A stretch of 61,743 bases of DNA, the filler included, from Nemertoderma westbladi (Eukaryota > Animalia > Xenacoelomorpha): NCBI GenBank assembly GCA_032718475.1. It is 3 parts of 3 records of this genome, joined end to end, with 100 filler letters (N's around TTAATTAATTAA, not from the genome) between each part and the next. Parts side by side here need not be neighbours in the genome. Positions count along the whole stretch, not along the records: positions 1 to 27,163 come from JAUCBJ010005349.1; 2 more parts are not named here. The stretch is one strand, 5' to 3'. The stretch's first letter is position 1. The number at the start of each line of letters is the position of its first letter. Below, one piece after another: positions 13,021 to 26,297 of the stretch. Both the position numbers and the translations under genes were made by a program. The notes below the pieces were generated by a model that was given only the letters and a program-made list of their open reading frames with translations, did no database searches and was not told the origin of the DNA.

Positions 13021-14726
13021 TCATTCAACGTCTATAGGTCCATCAATAAATTCCCTACCCGATGATGGCTGCACATTTCTAGAACGTTTTAGATTCACAT
13101 TTCCAACTTTATTAGTGAAAACCAGGCGAAATTTTGGTATGAAAACTGTAAGAATTGATAGCGACGTGCAAACAAATATACTCGAGCCGGATATGGCGAA
13201 TCGTATTGTTGGTAGATTATCCTGAAAAAGATTGATTGGGACTCCGATACCGGCTATTATAGCCAAAGTGTATATGCATATACCTATTTCTTTGCTGTCG
13301 TTTAATTCATCTATTTTTATTTTTCGTGACTCGAGAGCAAGAAAAGTCCCATATATGAGAAAGATCCCCTTGTATATATAAATTGCTCCGAGCCAATATA
13401 GAAAGTTATTGGAGAGACATCTTCCTCGTTGATGGACTGTAATAGTGTCCATCTCTACATCGCTAATGGGATCTCCATGTTGATCTATTTTCCACTCCGG
13501 GGCGTCAGTAATCATCCAAGGTACCAATATAGCCATGTCAACAAGTAACAACACAGTTACCATTGCAACTAGCTTTGCATCTTTAATGATGATTCGTTTC
13601 CCTGCGGCGTTGTGCATGATGGCATTTATCCGCCACGTTTTAGCAAATAATGCACCATAGCCGATAGTGAATCCAAGAGCTAGTGTGAATGTCTGAGCAC
13701 AACAGATCCCAGATTGCGTATCAACGGACCTATTTGTAATTCCCATTAGCACTATAGTAATATAACATAAAATTGCACCAATGGCAACAAAACCATTCAT
13801 TGTCGGACTAGAGAGTTTGATGACCTTTTTATTTCTGTAAACGAAGTTAAGAATGAATAATGATAAGCTGGTAGCTATACCAAGATTGTATATACAAGGA
13901 ATATCCATAGTGGTACTCCAAATTGTTGGATTTTCTCTAACATGGAGTCTAAAGGAATTTTACTTCCTGTGAATTGTATGTTTCGTTCTAAAACTAAACC
14001 TCTAAATTCATCATATGCACCCAGGAACACTTTTTGTAGACCATCATTTGTCTTAAGGAGCTGTTCTATACGAGTAATTCCTCCACGCCTCTGACCTTGG
14101 GACAACCAGCATCGACCACTCATTCCTTCAAAGTCTACCATATCCATAGCAACAAGAAATACATCTCTGATGACTTGGTTGTCATAGTTGAAATCCAAGA
14201 TAGATTTACCTTCATTTTTTAATATATTTTCTGATATATTTAGAGCGAACGCAATAGCCCAGACTGAATCGTAACCAAATGATGCAAATTCTTTGTCTAT
14301 AGTGTGTGTGGGATCATCTAAACTTGTTAAGAAATCTTTCAGTGTATCAGAAGCATCTTTTCCTGATATAGTTATTGTTGGGTATGGGGAAAGTGTTGAT
14401 GCACTAAGAGCGAGTGAGTTATTCACCATAATATACATCATTGCGATAGTGCAGTTTGTCTCATCGACATTATAAGTGTACCACAGGTTTGACCACCATC
14501 CAGGGACGAAATATACATACTTTGCTCCGTACATTCCCATGTAGTAGGCCATGCACATCACCTGTCTCGCAACCTGTTGGTACATCTGTAGAATAATAAT
14601 TCTAGCATCAGATTTTTTTACAAGCTGCAGGGCGAGAGTGGGATCCAGTTTGAAGTTGCCTCTGATAACCTCCACATCATCATCTTCAAGGCTTTCAACG
14701 AGTTGGTCATCCGCGAGAGTAAATAT
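13021..14726 (-). CDS. GABA-B-like class C GPCR, large terminal exon (VFT lobe 2 + 7TM), interrupted by a frameshift near 13880-13890
   Basis: Acceptor ttttctccccAG at 14727; IFTLADDQLVESLE.., SDARIIIL, GYDSVWAIAFAL, FEGMSG; 7TM motifs KLSSP..N, GALFAKTWR, YKG..L, LNDSKEIG, VFIPK; stop at 13021. Confidence 0.88.
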
Positions 14727-15539
14727 CTGGGGAGAAAATAAAATAATTTCTGTATTGCATATTGTTATGGTGTATGTTTGCTTATGGCCTACAAGGCTTG
14801 ATGTTTTGAGGTGGGATATTGTAGGTACAATATTAAACGTTTATTTTTAATTTTTAGTTTTTTAATCAATGAGACTAATTTGGTAAAAAATAAATAATAA
14901 CACTAGGCCTATATTTTACACTCCCATAATCTTCTAGTTATAGACTGCAGAGAGGTTCATTCTTCGGGCAAATAAAAATCGAGATAAGTAATATTATAAA
15001 TTCTGAGATATATGTATATACTTACACTTAGTAAGCAATGAGCATGGTATAATTAACTTTAGTATGGGTAAGTATGATTTGATTAGAATTTAATTGCGTC
15101 AATAGTTAAATAATAATTTTTTTATTATTGGTATTATTAATTCGCACGAGACGACAAATATATGAATAAAATTAATAAAACTTATACAGCAATAAGATTA
15201 AAAAGGAACTAGTCCTAGGCATGTACACGTTAATTAAAATTTATGTCAATAAGCATATAATTATAACGAAAATACTAATAAAATATCAATTAATGACACA
15301 CAAGGGAAAATGATAGGCCACAGGTAAATTTTTTAACCGATTGATGTTGAAGTAGTTCAGAATGAGGTCTTGCTTAGATTTAAATGTTCAGGACGAACTA
15401 TAACAGTCAATATGAAGTCTCATGAAATGTCCTGCGTAATTAATGTCAAAACGTTATAGAAGAAACTTTTTGCTATAATCGTAAGATAGCAGATGGATCT
15501 TCGAAAATTAGTGAGCCATTCACTTCAAGGAATGTTTGA

Positions 15540-15740
15540 TTGCATCCTTTTGGTTGGTTCAGACCCGGGCAGTACGACCATTTAGTTTTGGATTCCTCGA
15601 ACTTTAGTTTCACCCGTGGCTAGACCTGCATTCAGAGTACCTATTGTCCGCTCCAACTCAGCCAGCGTCCTGCCAAATACGAGGAAGTCATCCGCATATA
15701 CCAGCATAGCTATCCACATACTAATAAAATTGTTGTTTCC
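15540..15740 (-). mobile_element. LINE RT fragment
   Basis: Minus strand AMLVYADDFLVFG; no surrounding ORF. Confidence 0.55.
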
Positions 15741-16984
15741 TGGAAATGGGGAAATGGATTTGGCTATATATATAATGAAGAAGATTGGTGATAGCAGTCA
15801 GGCAGTGAGGTTGTTTAATTCCACGTACAAATTTAATGCGATCTTTATCAATGATGTTGTAGAACTTTAGTTGGGATGTTGTACAGATGTAGTAACTGTT
15901 ACCGTAGTGACCAAAGCTACTGGAGTGTTTGTGTTATTTCAAAATTTGGTGCCGGGTATATATAAAAATTATAAACTCTAATGGACAAATATTCCAAAAA
16001 GTCCCGGACGCCGTGTGCAAAAACTGGAACACTAAAAAGTTAAAAATAACAAAGTTACAGCGATTTTTAATGACGACTAAACACAAAATCGCCTCTCTCA
16101 GTGCTTTAATGGGGCCCAAATTCCAAGAATTCAAGTACAATCTGGCTCCAGGTAGAGTTCCTGGTTGCCAAGGGACAAATGCCTGAGTGGCACAGTTCAG
16201 CCTAGCACAAGCCTGAAAAGGATTCAGGCTAGAGTGACACTAGGCGTCACAAAGGAGGGGCCCCAAGCCGAGCCGGTCAGCATAGGGTGAATCTGAAAAG
16301 GATTCGACCGACATTAGTCGACAGCCTAATTTTAGACTGACCAGACAGACGGGTATCAAACCTAGTTCTGGGGGGTTAAAATCTAAATAAATTCTGACTG
16401 ACTAAATAATTTGTACATACTATATGCTTATTGTTATAAAAACTCATTTGATTATTATTATTGTGAATATTCTATTTATATTGGTGCATTGGGGACTTCC
16501 ATATATTTGAAATCAGTGTGTATCAGCACAAAGAGAACTTGATCAGTTAGAATTAAAATTGATGATTCAACCCAACTTGTTCTTTTACTTAAATTACTTA
16601 GGTTTACCGAATTTAAAAAAAATTCAGTACCTTAATATAGATATAGTACGTTATCGTTCACCAATCGCTTGTAGCTGGGCTTAATTAATTTCATAATTTA
16701 CAGATTTATGAATTTTCAATTTACAATTTAAGTTGGCCTAATTAATTTATCATTTATGGACGGACACGGACAGGAGGCTAACAATTACCTACAGTACCTA
16801 ACTGCATTAACTGCAGTAGTTACCAGTACACAGGGATGGTTAAAACCTAATTTTTAAAAAAACAAAATTAGGTTTTTTCTTTAATTGAATAAAACCTTAT
16901 AAAACCTAATAAAACCTAAAAAAACCTAATAAAACCTAAATTTTCATACAAAAATTAAGAAATTTTTCGAGAACCAATGACTTA

Positions 16985-18496
16985 CAGTCCCAATCCCAAT
17001 AAACATTAACTTGGTCATTTTGGCGGCCAAAATTACCAAAATGGCCAAGTAAAAACTGCGGTATTCATGAAAGGAACTGCTGCGGCACGTTGGCTTGTCA
17101 ATCACAGCCAGTGAATACAGGCTGAGTGTAAGTAAAGCCCAGCATGTTGGCGCTGAGGTAGAGTTCTGAGGTAGAGTTCTCTCTACTTTTAGGTAGAGAG
17201 AAAGGCTCCAGTGTAGTAATGGCTGGGCTCGCCACTGTAGTAAACATGCCTGTAAGAGTGCAGTGTGAGGCGCCCGCCCTAACTTATTATTTTCTACATA
17301 TTTTTTACTAATCTAATAATTAACACACCTTTACCTGTCACTTAGGTTATAAGCAGTGTGCTAGCACTTGCAGCGTAATAATTAATTATTTACTTTAATT
17401 CTATTCGATTGGTAATAAAAATAACAAGTTCATATATTTAATTTGTAAAAATTCTTTAAAATATGAGAAAAATACTTTACATAGATTTTTCTTTATTTAG
17501 CTGTTTAGTACGCTATAATATAAATGCTCTCATAAATACAGTTAGGGGGGGGGGGGGGGGGGGGGGGGGGGACTGGACGCAATAAAAATTCATCACTCTC
17601 CAGGGGAGATTTGACGTAAATAACAGATGATTACTCTCAAAAATAAAACTGTAATGTTCATTTATGTTTAATTTATTGTTTTGGTTAAAATAACGTGCCA
17701 CTATAACCTGCTCCTTTCCCTAAATTGAGAATTTAACATTGAGGCGGGATAATAATTCGCCAAGGCGAGTTTTGCGTCCAGTTCCCCCCCCCCCCCCTGT
17801 CTCGATAAATAATAATTACATCATCATAAATTCACCCAAATATGCCGACTCTGTTGACTGTTAGCACAAAGCCAGATCCTCGAATTCAGACCCAGCTACT
17901 AGAAATAGGCCGCGCTAATCTGAATTTCATCAGTATACCGAACTCGTTCGAGACTGAGTGTCGCTATTTAATAGCTACCTCTCGCCCTGTCACAGACCCA
18001 GCTTCTAACTATAAAACTATAATTATGACGCCTTCATACAGAACACGTTGCCATTTCATAATGACTCTAAACTAAACCAAAGCTACACAAAGGAAAAGGT
18101 GAGAAGTGATTATCTAATAATAACACACAAAATCCGATTATTATACATACTCCTCCAGTCCTCCTTTTAACAAAGCCGCATTCAACTAACTCCCTTATTA
18201 CGTATTAGCCTGTGCTGTATGCCTCAATGGGTGGTCTTTACTACAACTGAAAGGCCCGACTCAGCTCCAGGTAAGTTAACAATCTGTCAATAATAAAAAT
18301 GAAAGCGAGCCGACATTTAGTCAGAGCAACCAAATGGATGTCCAAGGAGACGGGCTGTCTGGACTTGACTGAGTCGAGTTAAATCGCTTCGCCAAAACGA
18401 CCAAGTAGCCCATAGGAATACACTACATTTTTTTGGCGATTTTGGTCATTTTGGCCGCCAAAACGACCAAGTTAATGTTTATTGGGATTGGGACTG
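16985..18496. mobile_element. Non-autonomous Tc1/mariner-like element nested in the hAT element
   Basis: ~55-bp TIR cagtcccaatcccaataaacattaacttggtc... / ...gaccaagttaatgtttattgggattgggactg with TA flanks; right arm recurs at ~60705-60877. Confidence 0.8.
17545..17797 (-). mobile_element. Poly-G/poly-C-ended MITE, third nesting level
   Basis: (G)n-actggacgcaa ... ttgcgtccagtt-(C)n inverted ends; shared core in reverse orientation. Confidence 0.75.
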
Positions 18497-20149
18497 TAAT
18501 TGCTGTTTTGAAGGTTGTAACACCCACTAAATCGACCATTGCGGTTTCATTGCGCCTATTCTCAAGTCTGTGAAGCAATTGCAAGTATGACTTATTAACT
18601 TATAATAATCTCACCAAACTATGGCAAAACTATCGTACACGTACAGTACCGGTACTGCAGTTAGCCCCAAGACGTTACAGACTGACAGACAGACAGAAGG
18701 GTGTTTTTATTCTTTTTACTGTTTTATGGGTGTAACTCGAAAAATCAACCCTCATTACCGATGGAATAAAAACTTTCACCCACCTGCCCACGGGATTACA
18801 TTTTTTAAAAACATTTTAAGTGATTACATTTGCAAATTAGCTGAAATACTACAGGAATTTATTAGACTGTTAGATGTATTAAATTACCGCTATAGGCCTA
18901 TGTCATAATTATTATACAATGGCAGAATGGAATACCAGTAATGGATTCCAATTCCATATTTATCAGTATTTCCAAACCAACTCCAAAAGTTGAATTTTAA
19001 AAAAAGTTGAATTTTAAACCCTTCTCCAAAAGTTGAAATTTAAAAAATAAAGTTTAAATTTCAACTCAGTTGTAAGTAAATAGAACTCCCCGACTGGATA
19101 ATCTGCTAATGTCTAATCGAACCGTCTTTGAAGGTCTAGCACTCTAGCACACAACGAAATGTGAGGTTTTTCCCCCATACCCAATAATTAGGCCAACGGA
19201 TTGCACTCTCGTGGCAGACTGGAATAAAACCCAATAAAACCTAATAAAACTTAATAATTTTTACACTAGGTTTTTTATTAAAACCTAATAATAAAACCTA
19301 ATATTAAAACCTAATTGCCATCCCTGCCAGTACAGCAGTAAAGGCCTGGAGTGGTACAGTTGACGTGTACAATCATAGCATTTACAATTTTTTACAGTAC
19401 CGATACCTGTACCAGTCCGCCAGTCTGCCAGTACCAGTACCATTACCAGTTTTGGTGTATGTGTTGATGTGTTGTATAGTCCTATTACTGTATTAGGCTA
19501 CCGTACTGCAGTACACAATATTAGGCTACCGGTCTGCCAGTACCTGCAAACTGAAACATTTAAAAGTTTACACTGCCATGCAGACTGTACCAGTAGATGA
19601 GACCTGTCCTGTAGTGCTGCTGTCAGACTGTTTGTATGAATCAGCTGCACAGAGTCAGTCAGTCAGTCAGTGACTGTAAGTAAGTACTGCAGTATGCTTG
19701 ATGCTTAAGCTGTACTACAGTCTGACAGTATAAGTATGTCAGTGTAGTGTAAATCAGTAAATAATTGGCCAGAGTAGAATATGCACGACATATAATACTT
19801 TATTACAAAATTAACTCTGGCAATATTTAAACTGGAGCCGGAGCAGAAGCTGGAGGTGCCAAAATGGCCGGAGCCAGAGCAGGAGGCCGGAGCTTTGATC
19901 GAGCCCTAGTTAGTAGCCATTAAGAATCAATTAGTACAGTAACTATTCACCATCAGCTCTATATTCAGTTATGTTAACAATTTCAGTTATCAGCGAACAA
20001 TACAAATTTTTATAATGATGGGATTAATTTTTATAATAATGGATTTATAATTTCTGATAGTTCTGGAAAAGCAAGTCACACTCTAATTTATTGAAGGCGC
20101 TCTGGATATCTAACTGAGAGATGTATAAAGATTGGCCGCATTATCTTTG

Positions 20150-21700
20150 ATAATTAATAAATTCTAGAACAGCTGCGATAATTATGTCCAAACTAATCTT
20201 CCTTTGGTATGCAACTACTTAGAGGCTCGGGATGACCAATGACGGTAGACAGTAATGTAATACAACACCCTCGAAGATTTTCCTAAATATCCATTCGGTA
20301 GATATTGGATGATACGATTTTGGTGATAAAATTGGTCGATTTTTCCCTTGTAGAAGCTAGTGGTTAGAGTTGTGCCAAACATAGATGGAAGTTCACCGAG
20401 ACTAAAGCAGGCATTTATAAGATCCTCAAGTTCCCCTGTGATAAAGTCCATATCAAGTGACAAAATGTTCTCAATTGTGAGCCCATTTGCATCTGGAGAT
20501 TTCCCAAGTGAGATGGAGTGTATGTATAGCATGGTGAACAGTGAGTGGCTTTCGATATGACTGGACATGTTGCAGCATCAGCTTTGGACTGCAATTTGGC
20601 CTGAAGAGACTTCAGTTTAGTAGAAGCATCCGGATTTTCTTTGTTTATGTCGATTAAGTCCACCTTGATAATTTCCTGAGCCAGAGGGGAAGGAGAAGAT
20701 TTGTACTTACTGTTGAAGAATCGCCAGAATTCCTTGGGCTTGCTAGACAATTTGCTTGCATTGACCCTCAACCTCTTGGATAACATGTTCTTTAAAAGAA
20801 AGTTCTTCAAGTGACTTGTGGCACGACGAGACTCTCTAAATGGCTCCTTCTATAAGCTAGTGTCAGACCTTCCATCCTGCCACCACAGCTGGGTTCTTTC
20901 TGGCAGGTTTTCGCGCAATTACAAAGCAGAGACGATTGTATTCGGTGGTTCTTTGTTTTCTGAGGAAAATGACAATGTTTGAGGTGGGTTACAGCTGCCT
21001 TTAAGATTGCGTTTTCCAGTGTGTTTGCAAACTGTCCTAACTCTGTTGCAGACCAATTAACGGCGTTTGGAGGCAAGTCTTTATATGTCTTATACTTCCA
21101 CAGTAAAAGAAACAGCTGAAAGTTCTCTATATGTCGACTCTGTACCTTATTCCAAGCGATTTTTACAGGTCTAGAGCTCGCCAGTTTTTGAGATGGATTT
21201 GTAGGCAGATCCGCGACCGTTCTAAACTGACAGTCTGTGAAAATGGGGTCGTGATCAGAGTTGAGTGCTAGATCAGCATCCGCCACTCTGCCTTTGATAA
21301 CTTGCTCAAATACATGTTGAGTAGTTATGATGTGTTCTATGTACGATACGCCTGTGCCTCTAGGAAAGCTGATGCAGGGTCCCATGAATGGCCCAGTATA
21401 CGTGTCGATAGCAATAAGGTCTTGACTATGAAGGAAATCGTTTAGACGGACACCTTATCGCCTTGACCCTATTATGTCTGGGCCCCTGGAGATTGCCAAG
21501 ATCTGACTTTGTATCAGCCAGGATGATTGGTATGGCTGTATCGTACAGGTCCACTAGCGAAGTCAGTCTACCAATGAATGTTTCAAACACATTAAATCCT
21601 TGGAGGAGTCTGGGAAGTAGCAGCTCAAGATTGTATAAAGTTGAGGGTAATCATGGAGACGTGCATTTATCCCTACAATGTCATCATACGAAGATATACA
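20150..21700 (-). mobile_element. Decayed LINE ORF2 (APE endonuclease end + linker), related to 5530-7660
   Basis: SYIEHII..SDHDPI endonuclease motif; PKEFWRF; SLGKSPD and FYKG motifs shared with the 5.5-7.7 kb element; frameshifts. Confidence 0.8.
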
Positions 21701-22386
21701 GTATATCGCTAAAAACATACCATCTGTATATTAGTGCAACGCCACCACGTACAACGCCACACACTCTCAATATTACTGAAATTAATAAATTTCATTCACA
21801 AATTCTTGTAAAACTAGTGTTTGTTTTTGTTATACATTACCGTAATGTCAACTTATCAGCGTTCTCCACTAACTCAGGTTTTGCTACAATAATAGGCTAC
21901 GCCGCTCCTCCAACCATTGCATGCAGTATATCATATAGTTTATTGTATTAATGTGTTCTGTAGTATTCTGTGCGATATGTAAGAACTTCACGACTCTGTC
22001 TATTTTTAAATTTGATTAACCATAATTTTTTTAGTGCTCTGGAGTATTATATTTGCAGAGATTTAGTTATATTGTATGAAATTCGACCCAACCATATATA
22101 ATAAAAATGAGTATGACATATTGCAAAATTGCAATTATTGCTCCTTAATTAGCTGTTCTGATTGTCAGTATTGTTTCATAAATTCCAATAAACGTAGGAA
22201 AACTACTTTTAATTGTTTTGTGTTAATAGAATGTATTTAGTAAAGCAATAACTTCATCCATCATCACCACCAACTTGCTACTTATCGCGATTTTTATTAA
22301 TAAAAATGTATGTCCCCCCCCCCCCCCCCATTCATGTAATTAAATAAATTTATTATCAATCTATTCTAGGAATGTTTTTGTCTAAC

Positions 22387-22545
22387 CTCTTCGAGTTGAA
22401 CGAGAGTGGCGACACGTTTCCATTTGAACTTTCGTATGATGTTTATTCTGGGTTGGTTCAGTTCCAAGTCTGTTGGATAGATTCCTATATGGAGAGGATA
22501 TTGGGCTCGGTTTATCAGTGCTGGTGAACCGGAGACAGGTGATAC
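22387..22545 (-). CDS. Internal exon of the GABA-B-like GPCR (VFT ligand-binding region)
   Basis: 159 nt, phase 0/0, acceptor cttctAG and donor GTTAGA; VSPVSGSPALINRAQYPLHIGIYPTDLELNQPRINIIRKFKWKRVATLVQLEE aligns with the GABA-B SYGSSSPALSNR..WKKIATI segment and joins in frame to 14726. Absent from the ORF track. Confidence 0.85.
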
Positions 22546-23199
22546 CTAGAAGAGGACAGACACAATGAGACGCCCATGTGATACCTAGAAGAGGACAGAC
22601 ACAATGAGACGCCCAGGTGAAGAATACCAGGTTTTAAGTTTTTCGTTGAATTGTCATTGGAATATTTATATATGTATTTTTATTTAATAAATAATTTTGA
22701 GTATAATTTAGATTCATTAAATTTCCCCATATCGCTTATCATAATAGCGCTTATTTTGTGTTTTATAGCGCTCATTTTGTGTTTTAATGCGCTTATTTTG
22801 TGTTTTATACTATACTTACACCCTGTGACATTGATTGAATTAAGTCTAGCTCGAATTCAGCGTAAGTCCAGGTTCTATAGCATAGGTAATATAAGTCGAG
22901 CTTAATAATATCAAAGAGCAGAAAAGAAGAATGCTTAATGATAGTAACAAACACCACATTGGAAAAGTTGAAGTTGAAGCTGCGGACTTGTCAATACTTG
23001 AGCAGATTGAAAGCGTAACTGGACAATATACATAATAACAACAGTCATAGTGGAGTAAAAGCATAGCGCGACATACAACTCCTTCAACTTAATTGGCTTG
23101 GAACACAGAATAGGGCAGCTAGTGTGCGGGGATATGAATTGATGGATACAGACCACCAATTAATTGTATTAAGCATTGTAATATCGGCGAATTCATCTT

Positions 23200-24135
23200 C
23201 CTATTTATCTTAACTATGACTTTTAGCTTCAGTACTGAGATTTATCCCCATGGGCTGGGCGGTGGTGGTATATGCTTTGCTTGAGTTCATCCTTCCCTGA
23301 CCTATGATGAGCCAGCAAGTGTGTGCAATGTGCACAGAGGTGACAGCCATTACCAAAAATGTGTTATCTGTTATCCAAAGCAATGGGTTATTTTTTTCCA
23401 TAGATATGACCTCATTTGAAATGAAATTTGTCAGCAATACGTGATATTTGTATTTGTATTTTCGAAAGCGATTCTTTCTATGCTACTTACAAGTACCGGT
23501 AATGCTGCAATATGGTTCTTTAACCACATTGCTGAATTGTGGTTCTGTGATAGTAGTGTGTCGCCACCCCACCACTTAGAGTTGCCACACAGATTATGGT
23601 GTGGCCATTCGAAATAAATTGTGCCTGGGATTATCAATAGTATCCAGCAGTCTGGTTGTAGAAGCGTACTTACGCCGCAGCAGATTTTATAGTAAAATCC
23701 ATTGACATTAATTACGTGCGATGGATGTGGCAGATTGGCATTGGAGAGCACACTATATTCGTAGTGACGCGCCACAGTTTATATGAGTTGTCCAAAGAAA
23801 CGGCCACCATCTCTACCTTGGATGTAATCCGCATGCATAAAGCAATTCAACGTTTCCAGTTGTAGAGATGAGCATAGTACCCAGTTCTTTGTTGTGAGAA
23901 CAACATCACGTTAGCAGAAACTGTTTATGAACTCTAGGCTGATCTCGGTAAACTAAGACGTCGGATTTAGATGCCTGCCTCTTCGGCAAAATTTCATTGC
24001 CTTTGACTTTACTTCAGGTTAGCTGTAAGACAGTTCTCTTAGCAATAGTTTGATAAATCATTTAAAGCATTTTGTATAGAATCAATGGATTTTCCATACA
24101 TTACCAGGTCCTCGGCGTAAAGTAATTCATAAAGA
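23200..24135 (-). mobile_element. Highly decayed LINE RT/C-terminal fragment
   Basis: LYELLYAEDLVM (YADD-like) at ~24100-24135; Cys/His-rich remnant near 23300-23360. Confidence 0.45.
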
Positions 24136-24259
24136 GGCTGACATAGTAAAGTAACAAAATAAACAAAACCTTCAACATTTCAACACTGCATTCTTGTGAA
24201 ACTAATAATGCATCAAATCGTTGCTGATCTCCAAATTGACACTCCTCAAGGGTGGAGTG

Positions 24260-25713
24260 TCAGGTTATTCACACAGCGGCGATGTGCAACACATTGAGTC
24301 CTCCATGGGTCAGGTTATTCACACAGCGGCGATGTGCAACACATTGAGTACTCCATGGGTCAGGTTATTCACACAGCGGCGATGTGCAACACATTGAGTC
24401 CTCCATGGGTCAGGTTATTCACACAGCGGCGATGTGCAACACATTGAGTCCTCCATGGGTCAGGTTATTCACACAGCGGCGATCTGCAACACATTGAGTC
24501 CTCCATGGGTCAGGTTATTCACACAGCGGCGATGTGCAACACATTGAGTCCTCCATGGGTCAGGTTATTCACACAGCGGCGATGTGCAACACATTGAGTC
24601 CTCCATGGGTCAGGTTATTCACACAGCGGCGATGTGCAACACATTGAGTCCTCCATGGGTCAGGTTATTCACACAGCGGCGATGTGCAACACATTGAGTC
24701 CTCCATGGGTCAGGTTATTCACACAGCGGCGATGCGATGTGCAACACATTGAGTCCTCCATGGGTCAGGTTATTCACACAGCGGCGATGTGCAACACATT
24801 GAGTCCTCCATGGGTCAGGTTATTCACACAGCGGCGATGTGCAACACATTGAGTCCTCCATGGGTCAGGTTATTCACACAGCGGCGATGTGCAATACATT
24901 GAGTCCTCCATGGGTCAGGTTATTCACACAGCGGCGATGTGCAACACATTGAGTCCTCCATGGGTCAGGTTATTCACACAGCGGCGATGTGCAACACATT
25001 GAGTCCTCCATGGGTCAGGTTATTCACACAGCGGCGATGTGCAACACATTGAGTCCTCCATGGGTCAGGTTATTCACACAGCGGCGATGTGCAACACATT
25101 GAGTCCTCCATGGGTCAGGTTATTCACACAGCGGCGATGTGCAACACATTGAGTCCTCCATGGGTCAGGTTATTCACACAGCGGCGATGTGCAACACATT
25201 GAGTCCTCCATGGGTCAGGTTATTCACACAGCGGCGATGTGCAACACATTGAGTCCTCCATGGGTCAGGTTATTCACACAGCGGCGATGTGCAACACATT
25301 GAGTCCTCCATGGGTCAGGTTATTCACACAGCGGCGATGTGCAATACATTGAGTCCTCCATGGGTCAGGTTATTCACACAGCGGCGATGTGCAACACATT
25401 GAGTCCTCCATGGGTCAGGTTATTCACACAGCGGCGATGTGCAACACATTGAGTCCTCCATGGGTCAGGTTATTCACACAGCGGCGATGTGCAACACATT
25501 GAGTCCTCCATGGGTCAGGTTATTCACACAGCGGCGATGTGCAACACATTGAGTCCTCCATGGGTCAGGTTATTCACACAGCGGCGATGTGCAACACATT
25601 GAGACCTCCATGGGTCAGGATATTCACACAGCGGCGATGTGCAACACATTGAGTCCTCTATGGATCAGGTTATTCACACAACGGCGATGTGCAATACGTT
25701 GAGTCCTCCATGG
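24260..25713. repeat. 50-bp minisatellite (~29 copies)
   Basis: Unit caggttattcacacagcggcgatgtgcaacacattgagtcctccatgggt, nearly invariant. Confidence 0.95.
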
Positions 25714-26297
25714 GGCGCAAATCTAGCCCGCCCCCCTACACACCTCAACCTCTTAGGTTTCCTGCCTTCCTTTGCGACGCCCTTCACAACTTAAGCCTCT
25801 CATCACATGATTTCTGATAACATAGTAAATATCAATATGTTCCACCTGTACCTGATAGAGCGGGAGACTAATAATATCACTACTACTATAATAGCGCAAA
25901 ACTATGACTAAGTTGCTAAATTGCCAATTATTATAATTTATTATTTGTACTTATATATAATAATATTATATAATAATTTATTTATTGATCCTTAAAACCA
26001 GAGAATTTATGATAAAAAATTGCACTGGGCATTCAATGTATACACACTAAATGATTATTTGGAACAATAGCGTCAGTGTACAGGAGCAACTATGTTACTC
26101 CTATGTATGTAATACCGGAAATAAGACATGTACAGTAGATATAATAAATAAATACAAAAAAATTTAGTTGAGCACAAATATTACTACCCCCCCCCACCCC
26201 CGCTGAACCATGCAGAAACCTTGGTTTCGTTATGGAGCAGTTACCCCCCCCCCCCCCCCCCCCCCCCTCCCTCTGGCAGACAATAAAGAGCCTCCAG

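Larger units (their letters stand above)
16831..19326. mobile_element. Non-autonomous hAT-type DNA transposon containing nested insertions
   Basis: TIR CAGGGATGG/CCATCCCTG, perfect 8-bp TSD ccagtaca (16823-16830, 19327-19334), subterminal aaaacctaa repeats at both ends. Confidence 0.88.

Noticed and set aside
14780-14840. PTRLDVLRWDIVGTI resembling a GABA-B segment
   Set aside because: Wrong strand; the true exon is at 22387-22545.
21838-21960. KLYDILHAMVGGAA* as a missing GPCR exon
   Set aside because: In-frame stop, weak similarity, and it lies between two exons that already join in frame.
22846-23064. CSSIDKSAA..MWCL as the GABA-B GCSS exon
   Set aside because: Resemblance is superficial and no convincing splice sites were found.
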